DNA of 27,390 nucleotides, from the NCBI GenBank assembly GCA_038824035.1, contig JAWBBW010000020.1:1-27390 (forward strand). The letters run 5' to 3'. Shown piece after piece: positions 18,481-27,390 of this stretch (its first letter is position 1; every line of letters starts with the position of its first letter). The position numbers and the translations under genes are program-made. The stretch is from Desulfurococcaceae archaeon (lineage in GTDB: Archaea; Thermoproteota; Thermoprotei_A; Sulfolobales; Desulfurococcaceae). The notes under the pieces are model-generated. The model saw only the letters and a program-made list of their open reading frames with translations, was not told where the DNA came from and ran no database searches.

Positions 18481-18954
18481 TTATCCCACCTCTTTGACGA
18501 TAATCTCTACGTGGGTCATTCTTCTGTATTTGGGAGTTGCACGTCCAAAAGCCCTCGGCATATATCTCTTAAGAGTGATACCTTTGTGAGCAGCGATATG
18601 TATTATGACTAATTTGTTCTTATCCAATCCCTTAAACTCTGCATTTGCTAATACGTTTTTCAACAACTCCAATGTATACTTAGCTCCTTTTACAGGATAT
18701 CTCCCTATGGGCCATTTGAACCTATCACTTAATCCTTTTTTATGGCTTAGCTTGCCATGATATCTCCTAAATGGAATAGGTTGTTTAAGCTTAATTACAT
18801 CTTCTAGAAACCTAATAGCATCGAGCAATTTCATGCCTTTAAGCGTATATGCTATTTCGCGCATGTACTTAATAGACACTGGAATATCGAATCTAACTGC
18901 TTTAGCGATTTTTGATTCATCATCTAGTTTTACGGAATATTTCCACACAGGCAT
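18481..18954 (-). CDS. rpl22: 50S ribosomal protein uL22
   Basis: GRYPVK, NAEFKGLD, PRAFGRATP; start at ATG 18954 (track ORF extends to 18966). Confidence 0.97.
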   Translation of the reverse strand: MPVWKYSVKLDDESKIAKAVRFDIPVSIKYMREIAYTLKGMKLLDAIRFLEDVIKLKQPIPFRRYHGKLSHKKGLSDRFKWPIGRYPVKGAKYTLELLKNVLANAEFKGLDKNKLVIIHIAAHKGITLKRYMPRAFGRATPKYRRMTHVEIIVKEVG

Positions 18955-18967
18955 CTCCAACACCACC

Positions 18968-19414
18968 TTATTTCATGGCGATGAACCTACTGCTCTTAGT
19001 AGCTTTCAATCCAGGTTCTCCGTGAACAACCCTCTTCGTGGATGGGCTAAACTCTCCGAGATAATGACCAATCATTTCAGGGGAGATCTTAACTGGAATG
19101 AATTCCTTGCCATTATATATCGCTATAGTGAGGCCAACCATCTCGGGTAATACTATCATGTCCCTTACATGTGTCTTTATAACGGCTTTCTTAGCTAATT
19201 CTGGGTTCCTAATTATCCTTCTTATTTTAGCGAGTAATTTGATCTGTTGTTTTGTGAATCCTCGTGTTAAACTTCGTCTCTGTCTTGCTGGCAGTAACCT
19301 GACAAAATCATCCATTGACATATTTAGTAATTCTTCGAGATTCCTACCTCTGTATTTAAATTTCCTCCACTCCGGTGGCATGTCACGGAGATGTGGCGGT
19401 AAATTAGTGGACAC
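18968..19414 (-). CDS. rps19: 30S ribosomal protein uS19
   Basis: [32 protein letters not shown]; start at GTG 19414 after SD GGGGGT. Confidence 0.97.
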   Translation of the reverse strand: MSTNLPPHLRDMPPEWRKFKYRGRNLEELLNMSMDDFVRLLPARQRRSLTRGFTKQQIKLLAKIRRIIRNPELAKKAVIKTHVRDMIVLPEMVGLTIAIYNGKEFIPVKISPEMIGHYLGEFSPSTKRVVHGEPGLKATKSSRFIAMK

Positions 19415-19459
19415 GAATACCCCCTGAGATAAGCATTTTCCCCTCAACTGGGTCTTTAT

Positions 19460-21391
19460 TTAAAGATAAATACTCCTTTTTAAAATATTTGGTATATCCT
19501 TAGGATTATCCACCATTGTTACTTTGCAACCAGCTTCCACGAATTTTCTATAAGCCTCTCTATCGTGTTCTCTATGAGTGATCACGAAGACCTTATATCC
19601 CCTGTTCACAGCGTCCTTGGCTATTTCCCATGGTTTCTGGTCTTGTACCGTTTGCTGTAGATCGCTGAATAATACTAGAACTCTGCTACCAGTGATCTTG
19701 GCAATTCTCAGCGCCTCTCTTAGTGCTAGGGAGATATTTGTATATCCTTTAAATCCTTCTGAGAACAAGTTTTCAAGATATTTAGCCAGTAATTTTTGCT
19801 GGAAGATCTTTTTTGGAAACATGAAGACCTTTACATTCTCGGAAAACAGGATTACCGAAGATACTAATTTAACAATTGTTGCCAACGATAATATAGACCA
19901 TAATGAGAACTTGGCCATACTGCCACTGGTATCCACCACGGCTACTACGAGATATTTCTTGTCATAGTTTTTAAAAACCAGTTTGTTGTTTAGCCTCACA
20001 TTGTTATATATGGTCTTCCTGATGTCTAGCCTACCTCTCGCAATGTCCTTCTTCTTATTGAATATCAACGTGCCTTTGAATCCACGCATGTTTTGGAGAA
20101 TTCTCAGCCCAAGAGCTATTGCACGCTTAAGGACATCCGGGTCTATGTATCCTTTTTGATAATAGTTCTCCATCAGCCTCTGTGAAATGATCTCTATCGA
20201 GTCAAACGGGATCACCCTGCCCATAAAAGCTATGAAGGCCTTTTTATCACCCTTGATCATACTGGTATAAATCGGTTTAAACTCGTAGTCAAGTTCATCT
20301 GGGCTAACTCTCTCGAGGAAATACATTGAGTAATTGAGATAAGAGGTGTTTTTCGTTAATAAGTAATCAATATAATGAATGAGGGATTTGCCCAATAACG
20401 CTTTCGCTTTAATATCATCACTATATTTCTCTGGATTGGTGATTCCCGAAAGCGAAATCGGGCTCAGTAATTTAAGTACTTCTTCGCCTCTCTTAGTCCT
20501 CGAGATCGAATTAACAACTTTGAGACGCTCTCTCAGAGGAAGCTGTTCTATTTTATTAGCTAATTTCTTTGGCTCGGCGTTTTCTATAAATGAAGATACT
20601 TCGTTGTGATCTAGGAATGATATTAGATGCGGGTTCTCTACAAGGTCCTGTGGATCAAGTATTTTGTCTAATAATTTCTCAATTTTCCTAGCCTCATTAA
20701 CGCTGGGTTTCCAACCCGTTCTGATCCTATATTTGAACTCATCAATCAACCTATTATCTATGGTGACATTACGTCCCTGATACCTGTTAGCCAATTCAAG
20801 AAGCCCCTCCACATCGAGTTTCCTAAATACTTCCCGGCTAAGGATTTTTGGCCATAAATTGCTCGGGATCTCATTGAGGTACTTAGCGATATCAGAAAAA
20901 CCGATCTTAACTTCCGTGCCCATAATTGATCGAAGCGAATCCAGCTCAACACGTAATGTGCCGTTGCTATGTTTTTTCAAGATACCTGCCTTTCTACAAA
21001 AAATATACCCCAATAAATCCCTTTGAGATGGATGTTTACCTAATACATGTTGAACCGTTAGTTTTCTAGACTTAGATATCCTGTTGAAGAAATCGCGATC
21101 TAGGGATAATTCTATAGTTAACGCGGTATCATGGATCCTGGATTCGCTTTTCCAACCCAGTGATTGTGGTAATAAATTCACTATCTCGTTGAATAACGAT
21201 GGATCATGAGTAATGGATTTAAGTGTTATATATAATTTTGAGAACATTATCAAGTTATCAATTGTTACTCCTTCATAATGTTTTGCCATATCCATGACAT
21301 GTTCAATGATGTTCTCAATATATTTATTTATTTCCTTTCTGATCTCCTCTACATCACTTGAACAATTCCTTGACAAGTTCTTCATCCTCAA
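19460..21391 (-). CDS. Large protein with C-terminal VWA/MIDAS domain (CoxE-like)
   Basis: RLDIRKTI..N motif, DTSGSM (DxSxS), GYTNIS.AL and VLFSD in the last ~200 aa; long helical-looking N-terminus. Overlaps the ATPase stop; start uncertain (TTG 21376 plausible). Confidence 0.88.
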   Translation of the reverse strand: MRMKNLSRNCSSDVEEIRKEINKYIENIIEHVMDMAKHYEGVTIDNLIMFSKLYITLKSITHDPSLFNEIVNLLPQSLGWKSESRIHDTALTIELSLDRDFFNRISKSRKLTVQHVLGKHPSQRDLLGYIFCRKAGILKKHSNGTLRVELDSLRSIMGTEVKIGFSDIAKYLNEIPSNLWPKILSREVFRKLDVEGLLELANRYQGRNVTIDNRLIDEFKYRIRTGWKPSVNEARKIEKLLDKILDPQDLVENPHLISFLDHNEVSSFIENAEPKKLANKIEQLPLRERLKVVNSISRTKRGEEVLKLLSPISLSGITNPEKYSDDIKAKALLGKSLIHYIDYLLTKNTSYLNYSMYFLERVSPDELDYEFKPIYTSMIKGDKKAFIAFMGRVIPFDSIEIISQRLMENYYQKGYIDPDVLKRAIALGLRILQNMRGFKGTLIFNKKKDIARGRLDIRKTIYNNVRLNNKLVFKNYDKKYLVVAVVDTSGSMAKFSLWSILSLATIVKLVSSVILFSENVKVFMFPKKIFQQKLLAKYLENLFSEGFKGYTNISLALREALRIAKITGSRVLVLFSDLQQTVQDQKPWEIAKDAVNRGYKVFVITHREHDREAYRKFVEAGCKVTMVDNPKDIPNILKRSIYL

Positions 21392-22289
21392 TGTTCTTGA
21401 TCAGTACACTTAAACCAGCTGTTTTCAAATCGTCTTCATCCGCCTTGCTCTTATTTTTGATCTCAGCTAGCAATGCTGTCATAGTGAACCACATAACGCT
21501 GTCAGCTATCCCCGGTTTATAGGTAGCCTTTTCCCTTAATTTCCTCATTGTTTCGAGGCCCTTCATCACCAATTCATCACTAAGCTTGTTGAATAGTGAA
21601 CCCAGCCTTAACCTTAAGATCTCATATTCCTCCTGAATACTTGGATACTTAAATTCTATTCTAATGACCCTACGTAGAAATGCATCGCTTAAATCCCGTT
21701 GTGCGATATCATATGGATTACTCGTGAAAATTACCTGGAAGCCGATACCCTCTTGTCGATATACCTTTCGCAACTCGGGTATTATTATTCTACGCTTATC
21801 TATAATATCCAATAACATGTTTTGAAATTCCTCACTACTTCTCCGTATTTCGTCTATTAAAACCCCTGTCTCCATGATCAGGCTTGCCAATAACGGCCTC
21901 GGTATAAAACTTTCCTCGTTAAAGCCCTTTGCAAGTGCCATTGCTGGGTGAAAATCGCCTATTACACGGTATTCATCGTAGTTCTCGCTACAGGGTAGAA
22001 TAAATGGTGATTTACCACTCCATAGAAACAATATTGCTTCCCCAATCTCTGTTTTACCAGTTCCCGGGGGTCCTTCAAATAACACTGGCCTATTGTTGAG
22101 AAACGCGGAGACAGATAAATATATTATATGTGGCTTCACTATTAATTTAAACTCATCTCTCAAAATCCTTAACATCTCTTCGGGATCTCTTACCGGTTTA
22201 CGAGTTTTAATCACTGATCCATATATTTCATATACCTTTTTAACTACAGGATCGTCCACATCTATGGACATGTTAAGACCCATAAGCAT
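21354..22289 (-). CDS. MoxR family AAA+ ATPase (CoxD-like)
   Basis: Walker A EGPPGTGKT, Walker B VLIDEI, FQNMLL, sensor-1 TSNP, LSDAFLRR and KPGIA motifs. Confidence 0.93.
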   Translation of the reverse strand: MLMGLNMSIDVDDPVVKKVYEIYGSVIKTRKPVRDPEEMLRILRDEFKLIVKPHIIYLSVSAFLNNRPVLFEGPPGTGKTEIGEAILFLWSGKSPFILPCSENYDEYRVIGDFHPAMALAKGFNEESFIPRPLLASLIMETGVLIDEIRRSSEEFQNMLLDIIDKRRIIIPELRKVYRQEGIGFQVIFTSNPYDIAQRDLSDAFLRRVIRIEFKYPSIQEEYEILRLRLGSLFNKLSDELVMKGLETMRKLREKATYKPGIADSVMWFTMTALLAEIKNKSKADEDDLKTAGLSVLIKNIEDEELVKELFK

Positions 22290-22318
22290 GTACTATATGT
22301 TTACATGAGTTAAGGAGT

Positions 22319-22325
22319 TATTTAA
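22319..22325 (-). promoter_or_regulatory. Putative TATA box for moxR
   Basis: Minus strand TTAAATA about 30 nt upstream of ATG 22289, compatible with a leaderless or short-leader transcript. Confidence 0.4.
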
Positions 22326-22416
22326 TCCAGTGATGTTGAAGTCTTTCCAGATATCGTGTTCTCTAGGTCGAGGGCTGGGTTATTGCTGGTTTTAAAGAAA
22401 CGAGTTTCGAATGGGC

Positions 22417-23136
22417 CTATCCTTTTCTCCTGCCAGTTCTTTTCGCTGCTATATGCCCAACTTTTCTACCAGGTGGTGTGTTCCTGGCTACTGTTGTAGG
22501 TCTGCCTACATGTTGATGACTACCACCACCATGAGGATGTGACACGGGATTCATGGCAACGCCTCTGACTCTTGGCCACCAATGGCTTTTAGCACGCCAT
22601 TTATAGTAAGACGCTCCTGCTTTTAACAATGGTTTTTCCAGTCTACCGCCTCCCGCTATTACGCCTATCATTGCTCTGGCGTCGTTTGAAACCTCTATTA
22701 CTTTTCCACTTGGCAATTGTATTTTGGTTTTCTCGCCTGTTTTACCCACAACTATGGCATATGTACCACTAGCCCTAGCATAGCGGCCTCCATCGCCCGG
22801 CGTTTTCTCTACATTGGCTATTTGAGTACCCTCTGGTATTTTGCCCACGGGTACTATGTTGCCGTTCTTTATATCTGCAACTGGGCCTATTTGAATCACT
22901 TGTCCAACATACATGCCCTCTACTGCTGGTGTGTAAAAGATCACGCCATTTTCCAGCCTTATCTCCGCTAGAGGCACCCATCTGCCTGGATCGTGGATGA
23001 TGTCTAGAACCACTCCATTGTAGGTTTTATCCAAATCCAATATTGGATATCTAGCTGGCATTATGTGCAAGTGGTCAGGGGTTCTAAAATTCGGTGAACC
23101 CTTTCCACGTCTTTGAACAATAATTCTCTTACCCAT
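22417..23136 (-). CDS. rpl2: 50S ribosomal protein uL2
   Basis: MGKRIIVQRRGKG, HDPGR, WPRVRGVAMNPVSHPHGGG. Confidence 0.98.
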   Translation of the reverse strand: MGKRIIVQRRGKGSPNFRTPDHLHIMPARYPILDLDKTYNGVVLDIIHDPGRWVPLAEIRLENGVIFYTPAVEGMYVGQVIQIGPVADIKNGNIVPVGKIPEGTQIANVEKTPGDGGRYARASGTYAIVVGKTGEKTKIQLPSGKVIEVSNDARAMIGVIAGGGRLEKPLLKAGASYYKWRAKSHWWPRVRGVAMNPVSHPHGGGSHQHVGRPTTVARNTPPGRKVGHIAAKRTGRRKG

Positions 23137-23145
23137 TCAGACCAC

Positions 23146-23421
23146 CTACATCAGGCCCAGCTTAGTCGCGATCTCGCTTGCCTTATATCCCGGCGTAAGC
23201 CTCACGTATGCTTTTTTCTCCCCTCTAGGCGTTATAAGCGTCCTCACGTTATCTACTTTAACGTCGAAAATGGCCTCAACAGCCCTCTTGATATCGTGTT
23301 TAGTTGCATTAATATCCACTATGAAAACTATTGTATTATGTTTATCTATTAATGAAAGGGCCTTTTCACTCTGAACGGGCCTTATTATCACCTTATAAAT
23401 ACGGGATTCTTCCCCGCTCAT
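23146..23421 (-). CDS. rpl23: 50S ribosomal protein uL23
   Basis: [24 protein letters not shown]. Confidence 0.97.
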   Translation of the reverse strand: MSGEESRIYKVIIRPVQSEKALSLIDKHNTIVFIVDINATKHDIKRAVEAIFDVKVDNVRTLITPRGEKKAYVRLTPGYKASEIATKLGLM

Positions 23422-24242
23422 AGTAATAACACCTCATATTTTCTCGATATGTTCTCGAGCGCTGATTGTGAAATGACCATGAGTCTGCCCGGTTCTCCTC
23501 CAGGAGCTAGATGTAGAACACTCAGATTTTCCGGTGTTGCTATGTCTACTCCAGGCAGGTTTCTCACAGCTCTTGATAGTGGTTTATCATAACTACTTAG
23601 TACAAACAATATGCTCCTCGGCTCAACATACTTCCTACCTCTCATCTTGCCTTTGCCAGCTCTAATCCTAGTCTTTTCATAACTCCTCTCAATATCACTC
23701 CACAACCCTATTTTCTGTAAATATAGCTTTGCTTCATTTGTTTTCTGCACTTTATCCTCCACTTCATTTAAAACCACTACCGGTAATTTACTAATACTGA
23801 ACACGTGTCCCCTTTTCTTCACCAATTCTACTCTAGATGTGGCCGCAAGTGCTGATATTATTGCCAATATTCTCTCTTTCTTATTCACATCTTCATGTAT
23901 CTTCCTATCTGGTCTCGGCGGGAAGGCTAGATGCCCCTTTCTAGTACTTACAACAAATCGTGCAGTGCCATTTGGTAATCTAGGAACCCTTGCTAAGCCA
24001 TAGCCAACTCCCCAGTACTTAGCCGTTGTCCTCTTACCGGCCATTGGATCCCTGCCCTTTGGTTGAATCATCGCAGTGAATGCGGAGAGAAACGCTCTTC
24101 TTATGACATCTTTCCTTATCGGGACATAGAACAACTGTGGTAGCTCTATTTCGCCTATGATGTTTCCATCGATACCGTACAGGTAGCTTGTGAGTTTTGA
24201 TTCCACCTTGAAATCTCTTGGTGAGATTAGAGTTAACGTCAT
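23418..24242 (-). CDS. rpl4: 50S ribosomal protein uL4
   Basis: [43 protein letters not shown]. Confidence 0.98.
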   Translation of the reverse strand: MTLTLISPRDFKVESKLTSYLYGIDGNIIGEIELPQLFYVPIRKDVIRRAFLSAFTAMIQPKGRDPMAGKRTTAKYWGVGYGLARVPRLPNGTARFVVSTRKGHLAFPPRPDRKIHEDVNKKERILAIISALAATSRVELVKKRGHVFSISKLPVVVLNEVEDKVQKTNEAKLYLQKIGLWSDIERSYEKTRIRAGKGKMRGRKYVEPRSILFVLSSYDKPLSRAVRNLPGVDIATPENLSVLHLAPGGEPGRLMVISQSALENISRKYEVLLL

Positions 24243-24250
24243 GTTCCCAC

Positions 24251-25444
24251 CTAAGCTCCTTGCTTACTTTCAAGACTTAGGTAGACAAAACGGGGTGGTT
24301 GGAGAGGTAACCATTCTAGGCTAGGCCTAATTGGATGTCTAAGTATAACTAATCGCTTAGATGGGCCAAACACCGATCCCTTCAACATTATGTATGGCCC
24401 ATATATTAATCCATAACGCAGGAATCCTCCCTTAATAGTTACTTCTAGACCATTTAAACCAATTCTTAGAATCCTCTTGTTGTAATCGGTTCTCCTGTGG
24501 AACCCCATCTGACCTGGCTGAGGTGTCTCACTCATTGAATACGTAAAAGCTGGGCTTCGCGCCCCTATCTTTCTACTACCCTTGCGATGTTTATGCCATC
24601 TGGGTAATTCCTTTACGCCAAATCTCTTGATTACTCCTTGAAAGCCTTTTCCCTTAGTAACACCTATTAAATCTACTAATTGGCCTTCGATAAAGACGTC
24701 CGATGCCTTAACATATGTCCCTAATAACTGTATTGCATATTTAACTCTCTCATCGAGTTTGCCGCCTCCTATCTTTATCTCGAGGATTTCTGGTTTTTTC
24801 TTACCAAAACCAGCTAGTACAGGTATTGTCGACACTATGACCCTTATATCCGCGATATCACCGCTTAGGACTTCTTTTAACTCATTCTCATCGCTTTCCG
24901 CTATGAACTTATATCCATACTCACCACTTGGATCCGGCTTTACGAGTCCATGGTTCAGCTTTCGCAATCCATGGAGATATTTCCTAACAACTTCACGTGG
25001 TGTTATGTTGAATAACGGGTTTGATGAGTATAGATCTTCGTATGCTTTGATCACAGCGTCCACAGGGTTTTTCCATACTTCTCCACGGGTTTTCAAATAA
25101 CCATCAAAAGTAATCTCATAGGCTCTAATACCGAGCACACATACTGGCGGAGCATCCATGATAGTTATTGGTGTGAACACCTCTTTGCCTGTAAAGGGCG
25201 TATTAGGTCGATCTTCTATTATTAGGCCATGCGTCATACCAGCCTTATAGGCTGGAAATGCCAATAGAACCGGCCGTGGAGCTATGCCCTTAGCTATTGC
25301 CTCATCGCCGTATTTATCAATTAATAGCTCAAACCACGTTTTCAAAGGCCATGTCTTTATACGTGGCGTTAGATCCTTGGCTCGTTTCCTAGGTCTTACT
25401 CCAAGGCTTCCATGTCTTGGCGCCTCTAGTTTTCTATGACCCAT
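24251..25444 (-). CDS. rpl3: 50S ribosomal protein uL3 (with insertions)
   Basis: [44 protein letters not shown]. Confidence 0.98.
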   Translation of the reverse strand: MGHRKLEAPRHGSLGVRPRKRAKDLTPRIKTWPLKTWFELLIDKYGDEAIAKGIAPRPVLLAFPAYKAGMTHGLIIEDRPNTPFTGKEVFTPITIMDAPPVCVLGIRAYEITFDGYLKTRGEVWKNPVDAVIKAYEDLYSSNPLFNITPREVVRKYLHGLRKLNHGLVKPDPSGEYGYKFIAESDENELKEVLSGDIADIRVIVSTIPVLAGFGKKKPEILEIKIGGGKLDERVKYAIQLLGTYVKASDVFIEGQLVDLIGVTKGKGFQGVIKRFGVKELPRWHKHRKGSRKIGARSPAFTYSMSETPQPGQMGFHRRTDYNKRILRIGLNGLEVTIKGGFLRYGLIYGPYIMLKGSVFGPSKRLVILRHPIRPSLEWLPLQPPRFVYLSLESKQGA

Positions 25445-25580
25445 CCCTTAAACACCCTTACGCTAGTATTAAATACTGGGTTTTAAAACACATTTACCTT
25501 TACCAATATCTGTTCTCACGGTATACCAGGTTGTAGTTTTTAAATCAACAAATAGCCTTTTAAATAATCATGCCCCCGGA

Positions 25581-26417
25581 TCATATGATGTTCAACAACA
25601 TGTTTAAAACCCCTAACGTTATCAATAGCGCTTCCTCAGTCCTAATCGAAACGACCTTTTGCCCTGGTATTGTATTCCATATAAAGTCTACATACTTGTC
25701 AAGATCGAATCCTTCGCCATTAGCTATTTCAAATAGATCATGGCGCGGACTTCCAAATAAAATGTTGATCTCAGCGCTTGGATATCCCCTTATCTTATCG
25801 ATATCCTTGATACTCGGCAATCTACCTTTCCTATCAGTGGCTATCATTAAACCTCTGTTCTTATGTTCCAATATCTCGTCTATTAGTTTTACTGCGAATT
25901 TCAACCGAGGACCTGTATACACATCGTTGCTATTGATACACTCGACTAGTTTTTTATTCACATCCTTCACCACAACCAGGACCAACCCTTCTTCACAATC
26001 AGCATTGACAGCTCTATAGAAATTCTTCCCATCTATATTGATCTTGAAATAACCATCTCTGCTCTTAACCGAGTAGCCAAGTCTATATTCGCCGGTTCTC
26101 GGCACCGGTTCCTTATCATAAATCTCTAGCCTTATTGGTGGCCACAGTCCTACATGTCTCAGTAACGGGTTTATTGGTACAAGAACTTTTCTAAGATATG
26201 GAGGAGTGAAGAAATATTTCCAATGCATCTCTATTATTTCCTTATCTCTGGCAAATTTCTCAATGCTTGTCGAAAATTCCTTATAGAATACAACCTCTTT
26301 GACTCCGAAAATAGAGCACCATCTAGCCACTTGATGTATCCTGTTAGATTTCAATAGAAGAGAGTGTTCTACTTCGAGAATACTAGTTGGTAAGATAACT
26401 CTTAAATAATAATTCAT
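25581..26417 (-). CDS. SPOUT-family putative RNA methyltransferase (DUF171/SPOUT1-like)
   Basis: AR...IFGV.E, TPPYLRK, G..PP, ILFGSP and N.IPGQ.V.SIRTEEA motifs; usual position upstream of uL3. Confidence 0.9.
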   Translation of the reverse strand: MNYYLRVILPTSILEVEHSLLLKSNRIHQVARWCSIFGVKEVVFYKEFSTSIEKFARDKEIIEMHWKYFFTPPYLRKVLVPINPLLRHVGLWPPIRLEIYDKEPVPRTGEYRLGYSVKSRDGYFKINIDGKNFYRAVNADCEEGLVLVVVKDVNKKLVECINSNDVYTGPRLKFAVKLIDEILEHKNRGLMIATDRKGRLPSIKDIDKIRGYPSAEINILFGSPRHDLFEIANGEGFDLDKYVDFIWNTIPGQKVVSIRTEEALLITLGVLNMLLNII

Positions 26418-26440
26418 GTTTTTAGCTGTACCCTTATGGC

Positions 26441-26518
26441 TTATTTTTTCTCCTCTGATTTGCCTTTTTTGCTTCTCTCCTTGATCATGAATATTGTTGT
26501 CCGTTGCCTGCCCCCCAT
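26441..26518 (-). CDS. Putative 25-aa small ORF MGGRQRTTIFMIKERSKKGKSEEKK, or frameshifted N-terminus of the SPOUT gene
   Basis: ATG 26518 is preceded by SD GGGTGGT at normal spacing; TAA at 26443-26441. Confidence 0.35.
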   Translation of the reverse strand: MGGRQRTTIFMIKERSKKGKSEEKK

Positions 26519-26588
26519 TTTAACCACCCATACCTTGGAATCCGATTTATGAATATTCGTGATTAGCCCTAAAATATTATTAATGCTT

Positions 26589-26598
26589 GTTTATAAAC
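26589..26598 (-). promoter_or_regulatory. Putative TATA box for the small ORF/SPOUT unit
   Basis: Palindromic GTTTATAAAC in the intergenic region. Confidence 0.4.
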
Positions 26599-26638
26599 TC
26601 GTGTTTCTCAGTGTTTATGTCAGGATCTCTTCTACTAA

Positions 26639-27390
26639 TTAAACACGAGATCTATCGTTGTATTTCAATGGAGTGTTTATTTCAAATACCAATGGCGTTT
26701 TATTTAGTAGATTCAAAAACACCGCCTCACCAATTGTCAGTTTACTTAGCACCGAGACCATTTGATTAGGTAGACCTAGGATTTTCTTGGCCTTTAAAAG
26801 ATATTCCTCGTTTTTAGACCCAAAAAACACGATGTTATAGATGTTTTCGAGGATTTCTTGTGGAATGTCATCTGGGTTTTGCGTGGATATTATCACTCCC
26901 AGTTTTCTGCTACGGCCTTCTTTAACCATTTCCACAATGGCCCTCATTTTAATTACCCTCCACGCATCATCGATTATGAATAACGTGTTGATAGGGTCTT
27001 TTTCGGCTAGGAATATGTGTTTAGCCATATTCACAAGGAGCGATGCATACGAGTTCTGGAACACTGTGCCATATCCGCTTAAATCTATTAATACACCATT
27101 TCTCAAACTATTGATCAATTTATCGTAATCGGGTTTGCGATTCAATAACTCAATAAATGGTATTAGGATCGAGGCCTCATGTGCTTTAGAGATGGCTGCG
27201 AGATCACCCTCTCTGTAGACAATATCAAATGCCTCTGAGAGCTTTTCGATGGAAATACCGGAGATGAAGGAAAGAGATTCCAGCACTATTAGTTTCCACT
27301 CTACATTATTGAAAAAAGGTGGTTTTTCAAGAATATTTATAGGCATCTCCACTGGATTTACAACATTGATCACGCCTTTACATATATATG
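26639..27390 (-). CDS. HerA/FtsK/VirB4-superfamily ATPase, C-terminal part (5'-partial)
   Basis: LFIIDDAWR (Walker B), KEGRSRKLGVIISTQ.P.DI, N...FG and L..GEA motifs. The frame is open to the window edge, and Walker A is not in the window. Confidence 0.85.
   Translation of the reverse strand, partial: YICKGVINVVNPVEMPINILEKPPFFNNVEWKLIVLESLSFISGISIEKLSEAFDIVYREGDLAAISKAHEASILIPFIELLNRKPDYDKLINSLRNGVLIDLSGYGTVFQNSYASLLVNMAKHIFLAEKDPINTLFIIDDAWRVIKMRAIVEMVKEGRSRKLGVIISTQNPDDIPQEILENIYNIVFFGSKNEEYLLKAKKILGLPNQMVSVLSKLTIGEAVFLNLLNKTPLVFEINTPLKYNDRSRV

Noticed and set aside
22326-22380. Possible C/D box sRNA between moxR and rpl2 (GTGATGT, CCAG/CTGG ends)
   Set aside because: Box C is imperfect, there is no CTGA box D, and no guide target could be identified.
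26598-26649. 9-bp inverted repeat CTCGTGTTT/AAACACGAG
   Set aside because: 34-nt spacer, one arm inside the ATPase ORF end, and no supporting context.
388-27128. Numerous opposite-strand ORFs in the track (e.g. 388-654, 940-1227, 13247-13717, 14946-15467, 25570-26019)
   Set aside because: They lie antisense to well-supported genes, are S/I/F/L-rich shadows of codon bias, and have no motifs.
1-27390. CRISPR array, rRNA, IS transposase or second att copy
   Set aside because: No regularly spaced repeats, rRNA-like GC-rich tract, transposase motif or tRNA-fragment duplicate was seen by eye.

Overview
Archaeal chromosome segment, most likely Thermoproteota/Desulfurococcales (inferred from uL/eL ribosomal protein types, GGTG/GGAGG Shine-Dalgarno motifs and a cbf5 mRNA intron). 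Positions 1-2750 are the edge of an integrative defence island: the 3' end of a probable type I restriction subunit, a YgjP-like metallohydrolase, a hypothetical gene and an HTH-tyrosine integrase broken by an in-frame TAG. The island abuts the 3' end of tRNA-Ser(TGA). Next comes an RNA-modification cluster: an RsmC-like MTase, a Trm9-like MTase, Elp3, Trm112 and cbf5 with a 22-nt BHB intron. The large minus-strand ribosomal protein superoperon follows (uL3 to secY, eL34, cmk, eL14), preceded by a SPOUT MTase and a partial HerA-like ATPase. The most unusual points are a MoxR AAA+ / VWA-MIDAS gene pair between uL2 and uS19, the physically clustered Elp3-Trm9-Trm112 wobble-uridine pathway, the cbf5 intron, the nonsense-split integrase and an unannotated 25-aa ORF upstream of the SPOUT gene. 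All family assignments come from motif recognition; no database search was run.
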